From assembly GCF_000189555.1 (NCBI RefSeq), contig NC_017276.1: a stretch of 64,000 bases of DNA; one strand, given 5' to 3'. This DNA is from Saccharolobus islandicus REY15A. GTDB lineage: Archaea; Thermoproteota; Thermoprotei_A; Sulfolobales; Sulfolobaceae. Both the position numbers and the translations under genes were made by a program. Below the pieces are notes generated by a model that saw only the letters and a program-made list of their open reading frames with translations, was not told where the DNA came from and made no database searches. Shown here one piece after another: positions 51,794 through 61,582 of this stretch. Every line of letters starts with the position of its first letter. Positions within the stretch are counted from its first letter, which is position 1.

Positions 51794-52546
51794 ATGACAC
51801 TAACTAAGGAACAACTGTTGAATAGGGCAATAGAAGTAATAGATAAGGCTAATAATGAGGGAATAACTCTAAGAGTAATTGGAGGTGCAGCAATAGCACT
51901 AATAGCCAAAAAAGGATCAGAGTTATATCCACGAGTATACAAGGATATAGACTATTTTGGACTTTCATCTCAAAGTAGTAAGATATCTAAATTCTTAGAA
52001 GGCATAGGATTAATCCCAAATAAGAGATTCAACGCTCTGCACGGACATACTAGATTGATGTTCTTTGACCCTATAATAAACTCAACGGTTGATGTCTTTT
52101 TAGACGAGTTCATAATGTGTCACAAACTTGTATTAAAAGATAGATTAAGAATAATGAAATACACCATCCCAACTTCAGACTTATTTCTAACAAAAATGCA
52201 GATAATACAACTTACTGAAAATGACGAAAAGGATATAGCTGCACTACTTTATGACGTTGAATTAGGAGAGAGGGATGACGAGAAGACTATGGACTATAAC
52301 TATATTGCGAAAATCCTATCTGAAGACTGGGGGTTTTATAAGACTTATACAATAAATCATGAGAAAATATTAAAATTCTTAATAAATGATAAAAATAGAG
52401 AAATAATTGAACCTAAACTATTAAAATTAAGAGAAATAATTGAGAAACATCCTAAGAGCATTAAGTGGAAAATGAGGGCAAAAATTGGGGAAAAAGTAAA
52501 GTGGTATGAAGAACCGGAAGAAGTAAATACTAACTTCACTCAATAA
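51794..52546 (+). CDS. Putative nucleotidyltransferase-fold protein
   Basis: VIGGAAI...KDIDY (hG[GS]..DxD) and a later VDVF acidic residue. Confidence 0.65.
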   Translation: MTLTKEQLLNRAIEVIDKANNEGITLRVIGGAAIALIAKKGSELYPRVYKDIDYFGLSSQSSKISKFLEGIGLIPNKRFNALHGHTRLMFFDPIINSTVDVFLDEFIMCHKLVLKDRLRIMKYTIPTSDLFLTKMQIIQLTENDEKDIAALLYDVELGERDDEKTMDYNYIAKILSEDWGFYKTYTINHEKILKFLINDKNREIIEPKLLKLREIIEKHPKSIKWKMRAKIGEKVKWYEEPEEVNTNFTQ

Positions 52547-52554
52547 TAATTATT

Positions 52555-52574
52555 AATAAACTAGCGAGTTTATT
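52555..52574. promoter_or_regulatory. 8-4-8 palindrome upstream of the glnA-like gene
   Basis: AATAAACT-AGCG-AGTTTATT at -29 to -10 of ATG 52584. Confidence 0.45.
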
Positions 52575-52583
52575 TTATTATTA

Positions 52584-53873
52584 ATGAATGTAGAGAAAGA
52601 GCTTAGAGAAAAGGGTGTAGAAATTTTAAGGTTCACTTGGGTTGGGTTAGATGGATATATTAGATCAAAGGGAGCGTATATTGACCACATAGATGGATTA
52701 TTAAAAACGGGCATAGGCTTAACAATGGCAATGATGAGCTTTACCCCAATGAATTATATAAGTCCCTATGGGACATTTGGACCACAAGATGAAGATGTAT
52801 TCCTTACTCCAGACCTTAGCACACTCTCAATTTTTCCACCATCAGCCATGGTATTATGTAATTTGTATAAGCAAGGAAATCCGTGGAATTATGATCCTAG
52901 AAGTACGCTAATTAAAACAATAGAAAAGGTGAAAGAAAGATACGATTTCGACTTCAAATCAGCCTTCGAAATAGAGTTCTACTTAACAAAGGATAGAAAA
53001 CCATTTGATGAGGCTAGGTGTTTCGATCCTTCTGCATTTTATACTAATCAAATCGTTCCGGAAATTGCCAAAACAGTAAGGCAAATTAACATAGAACCAA
53101 TAAGGATAATAAAGGAATATGGACCAGGACAGTACGAATTTGACATAATGCACAAAGATACGTTGAGAAGTGCCGATGAAGTTATTATATTTAAGGAAGT
53201 CGCTAGACAAGTAGCGAGTAAACATGGTGTTGAGGCAAATTTCATGCCAAAGCCTTTTAATAAAATGGCTGGATCTGGACTACATTTGAACATTAGCGTA
53301 TGGAAAGATAATCGGAATTTGTTCTATAACCAGAACGATAAGTATGGACTTAGTAACTTAGCTTATAACTTCATAGCTGGTTTATTAGAACATGCTAAAG
53401 CGTTAACTGCAATAGCCGCACCCACTATTAACTCCTATAAGAGACTAGTTCCAGGCTCTTGGGCACCAACTAAAATAGCCTACGGATATAACAATAAGTC
53501 TGCAATGATAAGAATACCAACACCATATCCCGGAATGTCACAATTAGATAGGAGAATAGAATATAGAGTTTCCGATCCCTCAACAAATCCATATCTTCTC
53601 TTAACAGCAGTAATAGAGGCAGGGTTGGATGGAATAGAAAAAGGATTGAAGCCTCCAGAAGCTTTAAATGAAAATGCATATAATAGAAAAGATATTGAGG
53701 ACATACCAAGAAGTCTCAGAGAAGCACTAAATGAACTAAGAAAAGATACCAGATTAGTGGAAAAAATTGGTAAAGAAATTATCGATGAATTCATAAAGGT
53801 CAAGTTAGCTGAGGTAGAGGAATATGAAAGCCTAGTAACAGATTGGGAATATGAGGTGTATAGGCGATTATAA
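52584..53873 (+). CDS. Glutamine synthetase family (GSI-like gamma-glutamyl ligase)
   Basis: EIEFY, EYGPGQYE, FMPKP..AGSGLH, SYKRL, IRIP, RIEYR. Confidence 0.92.
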   Translation: MNVEKELREKGVEILRFTWVGLDGYIRSKGAYIDHIDGLLKTGIGLTMAMMSFTPMNYISPYGTFGPQDEDVFLTPDLSTLSIFPPSAMVLCNLYKQGNPWNYDPRSTLIKTIEKVKERYDFDFKSAFEIEFYLTKDRKPFDEARCFDPSAFYTNQIVPEIAKTVRQINIEPIRIIKEYGPGQYEFDIMHKDTLRSADEVIIFKEVARQVASKHGVEANFMPKPFNKMAGSGLHLNISVWKDNRNLFYNQNDKYGLSNLAYNFIAGLLEHAKALTAIAAPTINSYKRLVPGSWAPTKIAYGYNNKSAMIRIPTPYPGMSQLDRRIEYRVSDPSTNPYLLLTAVIEAGLDGIEKGLKPPEALNENAYNRKDIEDIPRSLREALNELRKDTRLVEKIGKEIIDEFIKVKLAEVEEYESLVTDWEYEVYRRL

Positions 53874-54928
53874 TAGATTCTCATGCCCATTGGTTCTCTG
53901 CTAAGATAATGAGTGAGAAGGAATTTATAATAGCTTCAGCTGAATCTTGGCTTGAAAACGAAATAAGTGCAGATACATTTACAATGAATCAATTGAGGCC
54001 ATTCTATCTATATCTAAGGAATGAACTTAGAAGATTATTAGGTGACAATTTCATAGAAGAAAGAAATAAGTTAATCAAAGACGATCCAGTAAAGTACATG
54101 CAATTCCTATTTAATGACACTGGAATAGAGGGATTTGTAATAGATACTGGATTTGGAAATAAGGAGATGGAAATACCAGCAAAACTAAAGTTACTATTTA
54201 GAATAGAGAGCATTATTAATGATAGTATTTTCCAAATGCCTTTCGATAAGGCCTTAGAGTACTTTGAGGAAACCTTAAGGGGAAAAATAAGAAAAGAAGG
54301 GTATACTGGTTTTAAGAGTATAATAGCATATAGAACTGGATTAAAAGTGAACTGTGACATAGAACAAGCTAGAAGAGATTTTTACAGTAATGAGACAGAT
54401 TGGTTTGGCAAAGTTGTAAAGGGTTTTAGAGATTATCTACTTTGCGAAACCTTAAGAATAGCTAAAGAGTTAAAAGTTCCCGTACAAATTCACACCGGGG
54501 CTGGAGATAGAGATATTAAGCTAGAACTATCAAGACCTTCATACCTAACTAATGTTGTTAGAAAGTATGAAGGAAAGGTAATTTTCGTGCACGCTGGTTA
54601 TCCTTATCATAGGGAGACATCTTGGATGTCCTACCTCTATCCCTCAGTTTACTTAGACACCTCACAAGTAATACCATTTGCACCTTTAGCAGCTTATACT
54701 ATACTAAACGAGATTTTTGAGGTAGCCCCATTAAATAAGGTGATGCACGGTTCTGATGCGTTTCACATTCCAGAAATAGCTTGGCTTGCAGCTAAGTTAG
54801 CTAAAAAAGCTATACATAAAACTACAGAAATGATGATTGAAAAAAATATATTAGATGAAAAAGATGCTAAAGAACTGGTTGAGAGGTTCTTATACTATAA
54901 TTCTAAGGAAATGTATGGGTTTGACTAG
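53867..54928 (+). CDS. Amidohydrolase family protein; true 5' end is upstream of ATG 53909
   Basis: In-frame IIDSHAHW at 53870-53893; VQIHTG, VHAGYP, HGSDAF. Confidence 0.85.
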   Translation: MIIDSHAHWFSAKIMSEKEFIIASAESWLENEISADTFTMNQLRPFYLYLRNELRRLLGDNFIEERNKLIKDDPVKYMQFLFNDTGIEGFVIDTGFGNKEMEIPAKLKLLFRIESIINDSIFQMPFDKALEYFEETLRGKIRKEGYTGFKSIIAYRTGLKVNCDIEQARRDFYSNETDWFGKVVKGFRDYLLCETLRIAKELKVPVQIHTGAGDRDIKLELSRPSYLTNVVRKYEGKVIFVHAGYPYHRETSWMSYLYPSVYLDTSQVIPFAPLAAYTILNEIFEVAPLNKVMHGSDAFHIPEIAWLAAKLAKKAIHKTTEMMIEKNILDEKDAKELVERFLYYNSKEMYGFD

Positions 54929-56722
54929 AAACATACCATCTACATTAGGAGGATCACTATTGTTAATTGGAATGAATTGGATTTTTTGATAAACATAATA
55001 CCCAATAAAGTTAGTAGTGGAATTCTGTAAACCTTGGGCCGAGAATATCTCCTTATAACCAGCTCCATTAAGCAGTATATAATTAACTAAGCTCTTAGTA
55101 GTTAAAGCGTTATTTGAAATTATCGAGACAAGTACTGCACCACCATAACGATTTATAACTTCTATAATACCACTAAACCCACCAACCGTAGTAACGTTTT
55201 CAGTAGTCTTAATAGTCAAATTTTGGTTGTCAAATATGTTAGTATAATAATAGTATAGTCCTAGGTTTAAAGTGCCATTTTGAGCATATGATAAGTTATA
55301 AGGTACAACGTGAGGATTAGATATAGGGGAGGCAAATACGGAGAATTGCATAGATATAGGGTAATATACGTTGTAATATAGTGTGGAGTTATAAAGTGAG
55401 CCCTTCTCAATTGCATATTCCATGAAGTTCTCCCCTAAATATGCCTTTTCGTATAGTTGATTGAATGTTTGATAAGCGTAAAATCTTCCTTCTTGAACAA
55501 CATCACAGTATTCAAACCCGTTCTTGAACTGTAAAACTGCAGAGTAGTTAAGTATATACGATCCTCCTTCTTGATAATATTCCCCGACTAGACCAGGATT
55601 GAAAATTGGTGAAGAATCCATAAATCTACTATAAGCCGTTAGCAATTTAGCTGAAATTAGTGGATTTGACCCATTAACCCATAACATTAATACTCCAGCT
55701 ATATCCCAATCATAAGCTGCAGTACCAGTTAATTGTAAAGCTGTTTCTAGGTTAGTTACCGTAACTGCTATAGCATTATTTGGCGAACTTATTGCCAATA
55801 GTGGTGTTAGGTCTATAATATAAGGACTATGGAAAGATAAGGTATTTATTGATGTTAATGGCTTCCACCAGAACAAATCTATACCACCAGTGTATATTGT
55901 CTGATAAGGGTTAACAATGCCAACTAGCTTATTATCGTAAAACACTTGAATCTCCCTAGTCGCAGGCTCATTGGCGTACCAGAACTCATCCAGCCCTCCA
56001 CCCTCTTCATATAATAGTAAGGTCATTCTATAAGTACCATGGGGTATTGTTAAATTTTGTGATATGTAATCGTTCAATGGATTCAATATTACGTAAGAGT
56101 AATTGTACTTATTTAGGAATAATGGTATAAAGTAATTAGGTAACCCTTTAGGCGGAGTACCGGGATATAAGTAAAGTGTTACATTCATCTTATATATTCC
56201 AGTTATACCAATCTTAGCATCATAGAAGTTCTCTAAGACTAATTGGAAAGTAACATTACCACTTAATAGGTTTTCAAACATCGTAAGATCAGTCTCTGCT
56301 GTTGAATTTAGAAACTCTTGAGTTGAGCCCCAGAATATTGGAACATCGTTTGCGAATATGTAAACTGGCCTATCATATTGAGCTCCATTAGACTCGTTTA
56401 TGCTAACGTTTAAAATCAACATGCTATAATTACCCTTCGGTATATTCACATGGACGATATAAGGAGTTAAACCACTATTGTTAAAAACAGCATTATTAGC
56501 TATTCTTACCACTACTGGAGTAACGTTGGGAGGATGAATCTGATAAGCTTCGAAGGAATAATATGTAGGGTCATACTGTATTTTTCCGCTGTTTAAGACA
56601 GAAACATTCCCTAATACTAGTGGACGTGAGATACTGGAGACAGTCTGTGAGCTGCCTATAGGCACCATAATAATTCCAGCTAAAATTGAAAATAATAGAA
56701 TGAAGGCGATACTCTTCCTCAT
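54890..56722 (-). CDS. Peptide:N-glycanase A family protein, secreted
   Basis: Signal peptide; QYDRP, FWGSTQE, DEFWY, GGIDLFWWKP. Confidence 0.85.
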   Translation of the reverse strand: MRKSIAFILLFSILAGIIMVPIGSSQTVSSISRPLVLGNVSVLNSGKIQYDPTYYSFEAYQIHPPNVTPVVVRIANNAVFNNSGLTPYIVHVNIPKGNYSMLILNVSINESNGAQYDRPVYIFANDVPIFWGSTQEFLNSTAETDLTMFENLLSGNVTFQLVLENFYDAKIGITGIYKMNVTLYLYPGTPPKGLPNYFIPLFLNKYNYSYVILNPLNDYISQNLTIPHGTYRMTLLLYEEGGGLDEFWYANEPATREIQVFYDNKLVGIVNPYQTIYTGGIDLFWWKPLTSINTLSFHSPYIIDLTPLLAISSPNNAIAVTVTNLETALQLTGTAAYDWDIAGVLMLWVNGSNPLISAKLLTAYSRFMDSSPIFNPGLVGEYYQEGGSYILNYSAVLQFKNGFEYCDVVQEGRFYAYQTFNQLYEKAYLGENFMEYAIEKGSLYNSTLYYNVYYPISMQFSVFASPISNPHVVPYNLSYAQNGTLNLGLYYYYTNIFDNQNLTIKTTENVTTVGGFSGIIEVINRYGGAVLVSIISNNALTTKSLVNYILLNGAGYKEIFSAQGLQNSTTNFIGYYVYQKIQFIPINNSDPPNVDGMFLVKPIHFLRIIV

Positions 56723-56728
56723 TCTTTA

Positions 56729-59700
56729 TCACCTCCTTCTCATTAATACTAACAATAGAATAATAGCTATTATTGCTATTATTAAGGAAATTATTGCTAC
56801 TACAGTTAATAAATTCACTGATCCTTGTAGTGTTATAATACGACCTTGTACAGTTACGAGATGATAATTATTTAAAATGTAAAATGTCAAGTTGTACGGT
56901 AATCCATCAGATACGCTTACCGTGAATACGTATTGGCCATCAGAAAATTGAGAAGCATTAAACGGTATACTTAGACTTATTGAGGAAGGTGAAGATGAAA
57001 TTACACTATAACTTACTGGCTTATTGTTCATTGAAACTCCTAGAAGTCTTAGGTATTCCCCAGTTATGTTAACAATTATTAATTCTTTAGATACAGTAAC
57101 ATTAGTTGTTGATAAGTAAATTATCTTAGGTGCAGGTATTACAGACAAGTCAGTTACGTTATATATACTAATACCACTTATGCCAATTACTGAATTTGGT
57201 TGTAGAAACGCGTATTTTGAGTTTTGTATTACCGATGAGACTATGGTCACATTGGAATCATTAGCAATTACAGCAATATTATTCCCTCCTACTTTAGATC
57301 CTATAATTGAGACTGAAGAATTCTCTAACACTAACTGGTTAATACTCGATGACGTTATCATCACATTAGAGTTCTTAACAGTTATCGTATTAGCTATAAC
57401 GTTATCTAAAATAATGTTTATTCCCTCAACCGTAATATTATTTGCCTTAACATTAGATAATATATATGTTGTAGAGTTGATTTTTGATAATAGGGGTGAA
57501 TCTAGAGATTTACTGCTTAATATAATATTATTGATGAAAGTATAAGGCATAACATTAACGAAGCTAAAGGAAGCTGGAGTAGAATATAAATTATAACCAT
57601 TCCAGGAAACACCAGAAACTATAACATTCCAAGGACCAGCTAAGGAATATACAGAGGACCCTTGGAATATGGAGCCGTAAAATATGGATGGAACCTTATA
57701 AATACCAACCCATTCTCCCAAAGTAGAATTATACTGTAGTGGTATTCCAGCTTGGAATCCTATGATTAACTGTTCATAATTAAGGGAAGTCGGTAATACT
57801 GTTGCAGTGAACATCCCATACTTAACTGGAGTACCATTAGGATAAGTTATGTTAGCGTAAATCTTCAGAACCTCACCCTCATAGACTACACTATTCACCT
57901 TTACATTTAATCTCAAGTTAGCTGGGGAAACGTAAAACGATGTGACGAAGTTGGCCTTAACTAATCCAGTAGAAGTATTACTCACAGATTGTATTACAAC
58001 ATTATAGAATCCAGGAGAGGCATCGAAAGGTATTGTGAAGTTAGCGTAATAGAGGAAGAAGAGCAAGTAAACGCCGAATTGTATTATATCTGGAGCTGGA
58101 GTAAGTTTAACTTGCCCTATAAGGTTACCATTCTGATTATAAATGTATGCAGTGACGTTAGACGTAAATATGCCAGTAAGTTCTGGCGTAAGTACTTCGT
58201 CAATTATAGTTATGTTTTGTCCAGGAGAAGCAGCTGGAAATCCATCATTTATTGGAGTTAAAATTGCGCCAAAATTATACTCACCAAAATATACATAAGA
58301 GAAAGCGCTACCGTATGAATCGTTTATTATTAATAAATAAGTGCCTTGTGGTAATGGAGGAAGTAGGGCGTAACTACCCTCATATAACCCTGGAGCCATC
58401 ATCAATAAGGGTATAGAAGCCAATAGCTTACCGCTATTACTAACTAAATATGCCGTAACGCTTTGATTAACGACTGGAGTACCATTAGGATAGTATATCC
58501 AAGCCTCAATGCCAAATGGTGAGTTATATGGAATAGGAAAGTTAAAGGGATAAGGAATGGGAGATACAATATTGATTGATTCACCAATATCAACTTCTGC
58601 AGTTCCAACTCCAGTAAACTGACCAGAACTACCGTTAACTACTATTTCCCAGATATTTGGCGGATCATTAGGAGTTATAGTATAATTACCAACCCAATAA
58701 GTACCGTTAAAGGATAAGGGGACTGTTGCCAAATATCCCTCGCTAGTGTATATATAAGCATTAAAACTACCTTGACTAACAATTGTGTTGTTGGGATAAG
58801 TTACGTACGCAGTTATTGTAAAAGTAGAACGATAGAAATACCAAGGTTGAAAAACTCCAAGCTCAAAAGTACTTACAGATATTGCTAAACTCTTGGATAG
58901 TAAATGCTTTATGATAATTCCTAATATACCAGCATTAGGACTTCCTAAACCAGTAACTAGATTGTAAGAGGAATTAGCATAATAATAACCATTATACCCT
59001 AAACTTATTGGATGGAAGGCCTCATGATACAAAGTAGTATTTTGGTAAATTTCATAAAGTATTGGATTTACCAAACCTAATGGATGGCCAACAATTCCAT
59101 CTATATCAGCAATAATTCCAGCCCACAATGGAGCAGAAAGACTAGTTCCACCAATTACCCCCTCTTGACCTAAAGCATAAATTACAAACCCAGTAAATGG
59201 ATTAGCGTCTGCCGCAACATCTGGAATAGCCCTATAATTCGAATGAGTAACATAACGCTGATACCAAGGAGCTGGAAACAACTGACTATATCCACCCCCA
59301 GAACTCACACCACCTTGAATAACACCAAAATACAATGGATTAACACTCCATGCAATCTCAGCACCATAATTCCCTGTAGCATTATAAGTTGAAATGTAAC
59401 CGCTAGTAATATTAGCAAATAGGGAAGTACCACCTACAGCTGTAACGAAAGGAGATGATGCAGGATAATTCGCTGAGCCGTAAACGGTTGGTAAATCATT
59501 ATAAGCACCTAAATCTCCAGATGACGCTAAAAACGTAATACCCTCAGCCGAACCTAGCTCAAAGTAATAATCATAATAGGGGTAGTTAGGAAATGCTATA
59601 CCATTGAATACGGCATAGAAACCTGAAGCACCAAATAGTATCCCGGGAAGACCCCAGCTCATGGAAACTACTTGTGCTAAATCCTCGCTTACAACAATAT

Positions 59701-60655
59701 CAATTGCTGAAAATAATCCTTCTAAGGTTGCTGATGGCGCAACAACTAATAAAATATTGGAATATGGAGCAGCTGTATGAGCTGCCTCAACATCTAACGC
59801 AACTTCTTCGAACCAACCAGTAAAGAACCCATTTTCTGGATTATAAGGACCAACTGGTAATACGGTTAAGTTTATTGATGGTAAACCGAACTTCGCGTCA
59901 AACAGATTTACATCTTGATATATCTCTGGGTCGCCATAGGCATCTATTATTGCAATTGTAACCTTTTTATCGGCAGTTGAATTTAGCAGTGGAGTTATAT
60001 TGTAAACACCTTGGATAACTTTAGGAGTATACCAAGTTGCTGAGAATTGGAAAGTATAGACAAATGAGGAATAAACTTGTTTACTAGGTATTAAATTCCC
60101 ATTTTCCAATTTACCTAACTGAATTAAAGGTAACGATACGTTGGTAAAGTTTGTTAAACCACCTATTAGTACGTTATCAAGAACAGACGGTATTTTAACG
60201 TTACCACCAGGCTTGTAATATATCTGACCACTAGCCGATTTGGCTACTACAAAATCAGTCCCAAAAACTGATGAAACAAGGGAAACTGGTGCTTCAGCCA
60301 TGACTTCGAAGGGACTCCTATATACTATTGTGAAACCCTTACTCTCAAGGTACTCTATAGTCTCGTTAACCTTCTCTTGATTACTAAACATCGAGATAAG
60401 CTGAGTGTTACTTAGTGGCTTAATTTGATGGTTAGCTACTTCTTGTGCTACTAGATAAAGCTCATTAAGATTCTTTGGGGGGATGAAAAAGGAAAGAATA
60501 ATGTTAGTATTTGTGGGTAGAGATGAGATAATGTTAGACTGAGGATAGCTAGGGTTTATAAAGGTTGTGGAATAGGCTAAAGATAGTAAGGGGAATAAAG
60601 TGGATATCGATAAAAAAGTAGATATAACTATAACTTGTATTATTCTACTTTCCAT
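56729..60655 (-). CDS. S53 (sedolisin-like) serine protease with prodomain and C-terminal TM
   Basis: EEVALDVE (Glu/Asp), SMSWG, SSGDLG, PDVAA, GGTSLSAP (Ser). Confidence 0.92.
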   Translation of the reverse strand: MESRIIQVIVISTFLSISTLFPLLSLAYSTTFINPSYPQSNIISSLPTNTNIILSFFIPPKNLNELYLVAQEVANHQIKPLSNTQLISMFSNQEKVNETIEYLESKGFTIVYRSPFEVMAEAPVSLVSSVFGTDFVVAKSASGQIYYKPGGNVKIPSVLDNVLIGGLTNFTNVSLPLIQLGKLENGNLIPSKQVYSSFVYTFQFSATWYTPKVIQGVYNITPLLNSTADKKVTIAIIDAYGDPEIYQDVNLFDAKFGLPSINLTVLPVGPYNPENGFFTGWFEEVALDVEAAHTAAPYSNILLVVAPSATLEGLFSAIDIVVSEDLAQVVSMSWGLPGILFGASGFYAVFNGIAFPNYPYYDYYFELGSAEGITFLASSGDLGAYNDLPTVYGSANYPASSPFVTAVGGTSLFANITSGYISTYNATGNYGAEIAWSVNPLYFGVIQGGVSSGGGYSQLFPAPWYQRYVTHSNYRAIPDVAADANPFTGFVIYALGQEGVIGGTSLSAPLWAGIIADIDGIVGHPLGLVNPILYEIYQNTTLYHEAFHPISLGYNGYYYANSSYNLVTGLGSPNAGILGIIIKHLLSKSLAISVSTFELGVFQPWYFYRSTFTITAYVTYPNNTIVSQGSFNAYIYTSEGYLATVPLSFNGTYWVGNYTITPNDPPNIWEIVVNGSSGQFTGVGTAEVDIGESINIVSPIPYPFNFPIPYNSPFGIEAWIYYPNGTPVVNQSVTAYLVSNSGKLLASIPLLMMAPGLYEGSYALLPPLPQGTYLLIINDSYGSAFSYVYFGEYNFGAILTPINDGFPAASPGQNITIIDEVLTPELTGIFTSNVTAYIYNQNGNLIGQVKLTPAPDIIQFGVYLLFFLYYANFTIPFDASPGFYNVVIQSVSNTSTGLVKANFVTSFYVSPANLRLNVKVNSVVYEGEVLKIYANITYPNGTPVKYGMFTATVLPTSLNYEQLIIGFQAGIPLQYNSTLGEWVGIYKVPSIFYGSIFQGSSVYSLAGPWNVIVSGVSWNGYNLYSTPASFSFVNVMPYTFINNIILSSKSLDSPLLSKINSTTYILSNVKANNITVEGINIILDNVIANTITVKNSNVMITSSSINQLVLENSSVSIIGSKVGGNNIAVIANDSNVTIVSSVIQNSKYAFLQPNSVIGISGISIYNVTDLSVIPAPKIIYLSTTNVTVSKELIIVNITGEYLRLLGVSMNNKPVSYSVISSSPSSISLSIPFNASQFSDGQYVFTVSVSDGLPYNLTFYILNNYHLVTVQGRIITLQGSVNLLTVVAIISLIIAIIAIILLLVLMRRR

Positions 60656-60795
60656 ATAATTAATAAACTTTCACACGTATAAAAAGATTACTTTAAAATC
60701 AAATCATCACAAGATTCTTTCATAAAAAAGAGATTATCCTATTAAGTGAAAAATAAAAATAAAAACTTCTCACTTTATATTTAAATCTTATTCAT

Positions 60796-60996
<201 letters not shown>

Positions 60997-61279
60997 TCAA
61001 GTTATTCTTGAAGGTTTCACATAAATAAGCTTTACGCTATTAACAAGAGTACGACTTAAAGGAAATCCTTAGCGCAAACTAAAGTTATTACCTTAGCCCA
61101 TAATAAAAATAAAGATGCCTAGAAGGGCAAAAACACATTGCGTCAACATAATATATTTACTTATTGTTTTATACTGATATCATTTATATTACCTATAATT
61201 AAAACATTAAGTTATAAGAAAAACATTACGTGTCATTTTGTAGAAAAAAATATAAGTCATAAGAAAAACACTTTAGCTA

Positions 61280-61582
61280 GTGAAAACTATGACAATGGCT
61301 GAAGCACTAAACAAGATCATGAAAAACAGAACAACCACTTTAAAACTATCCTATTACCCCTTCCTGCTGGCAGTAAAGGATAACGTACCAGAACTAGACA
61401 TAATGCTAAAAAGAAAAAGAGAACTAAACTATTACCTAGACAAATTGTATAGTGAAAGCAAAAAATACTTATTAAAATACGCTAAGGATAAATACTATTG
61501 CGTATGCGGAAGAACATTCCCGTCAGCATATGACTTTTACACTCACGTTTTCAGAGAGCATAAATTAAGTATAAGGAATTAA
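61280..61582 (+). CDS. Hypothetical protein with a C-terminal C2H2-like zinc finger
   Basis: [22 protein letters not shown]. Confidence 0.6.
   Translation: MKTMTMAEALNKIMKNRTTTLKLSYYPFLLAVKDNVPELDIMLKRKRELNYYLDKLYSESKKYLLKYAKDKYYCVCGRTFPSAYDFYTHVFREHKLSIRN

Noticed and set aside
60695-60725. GTGATGA box on the minus strand upstream of the S53 gene
   Set aside because: No properly spaced D', C' or D boxes
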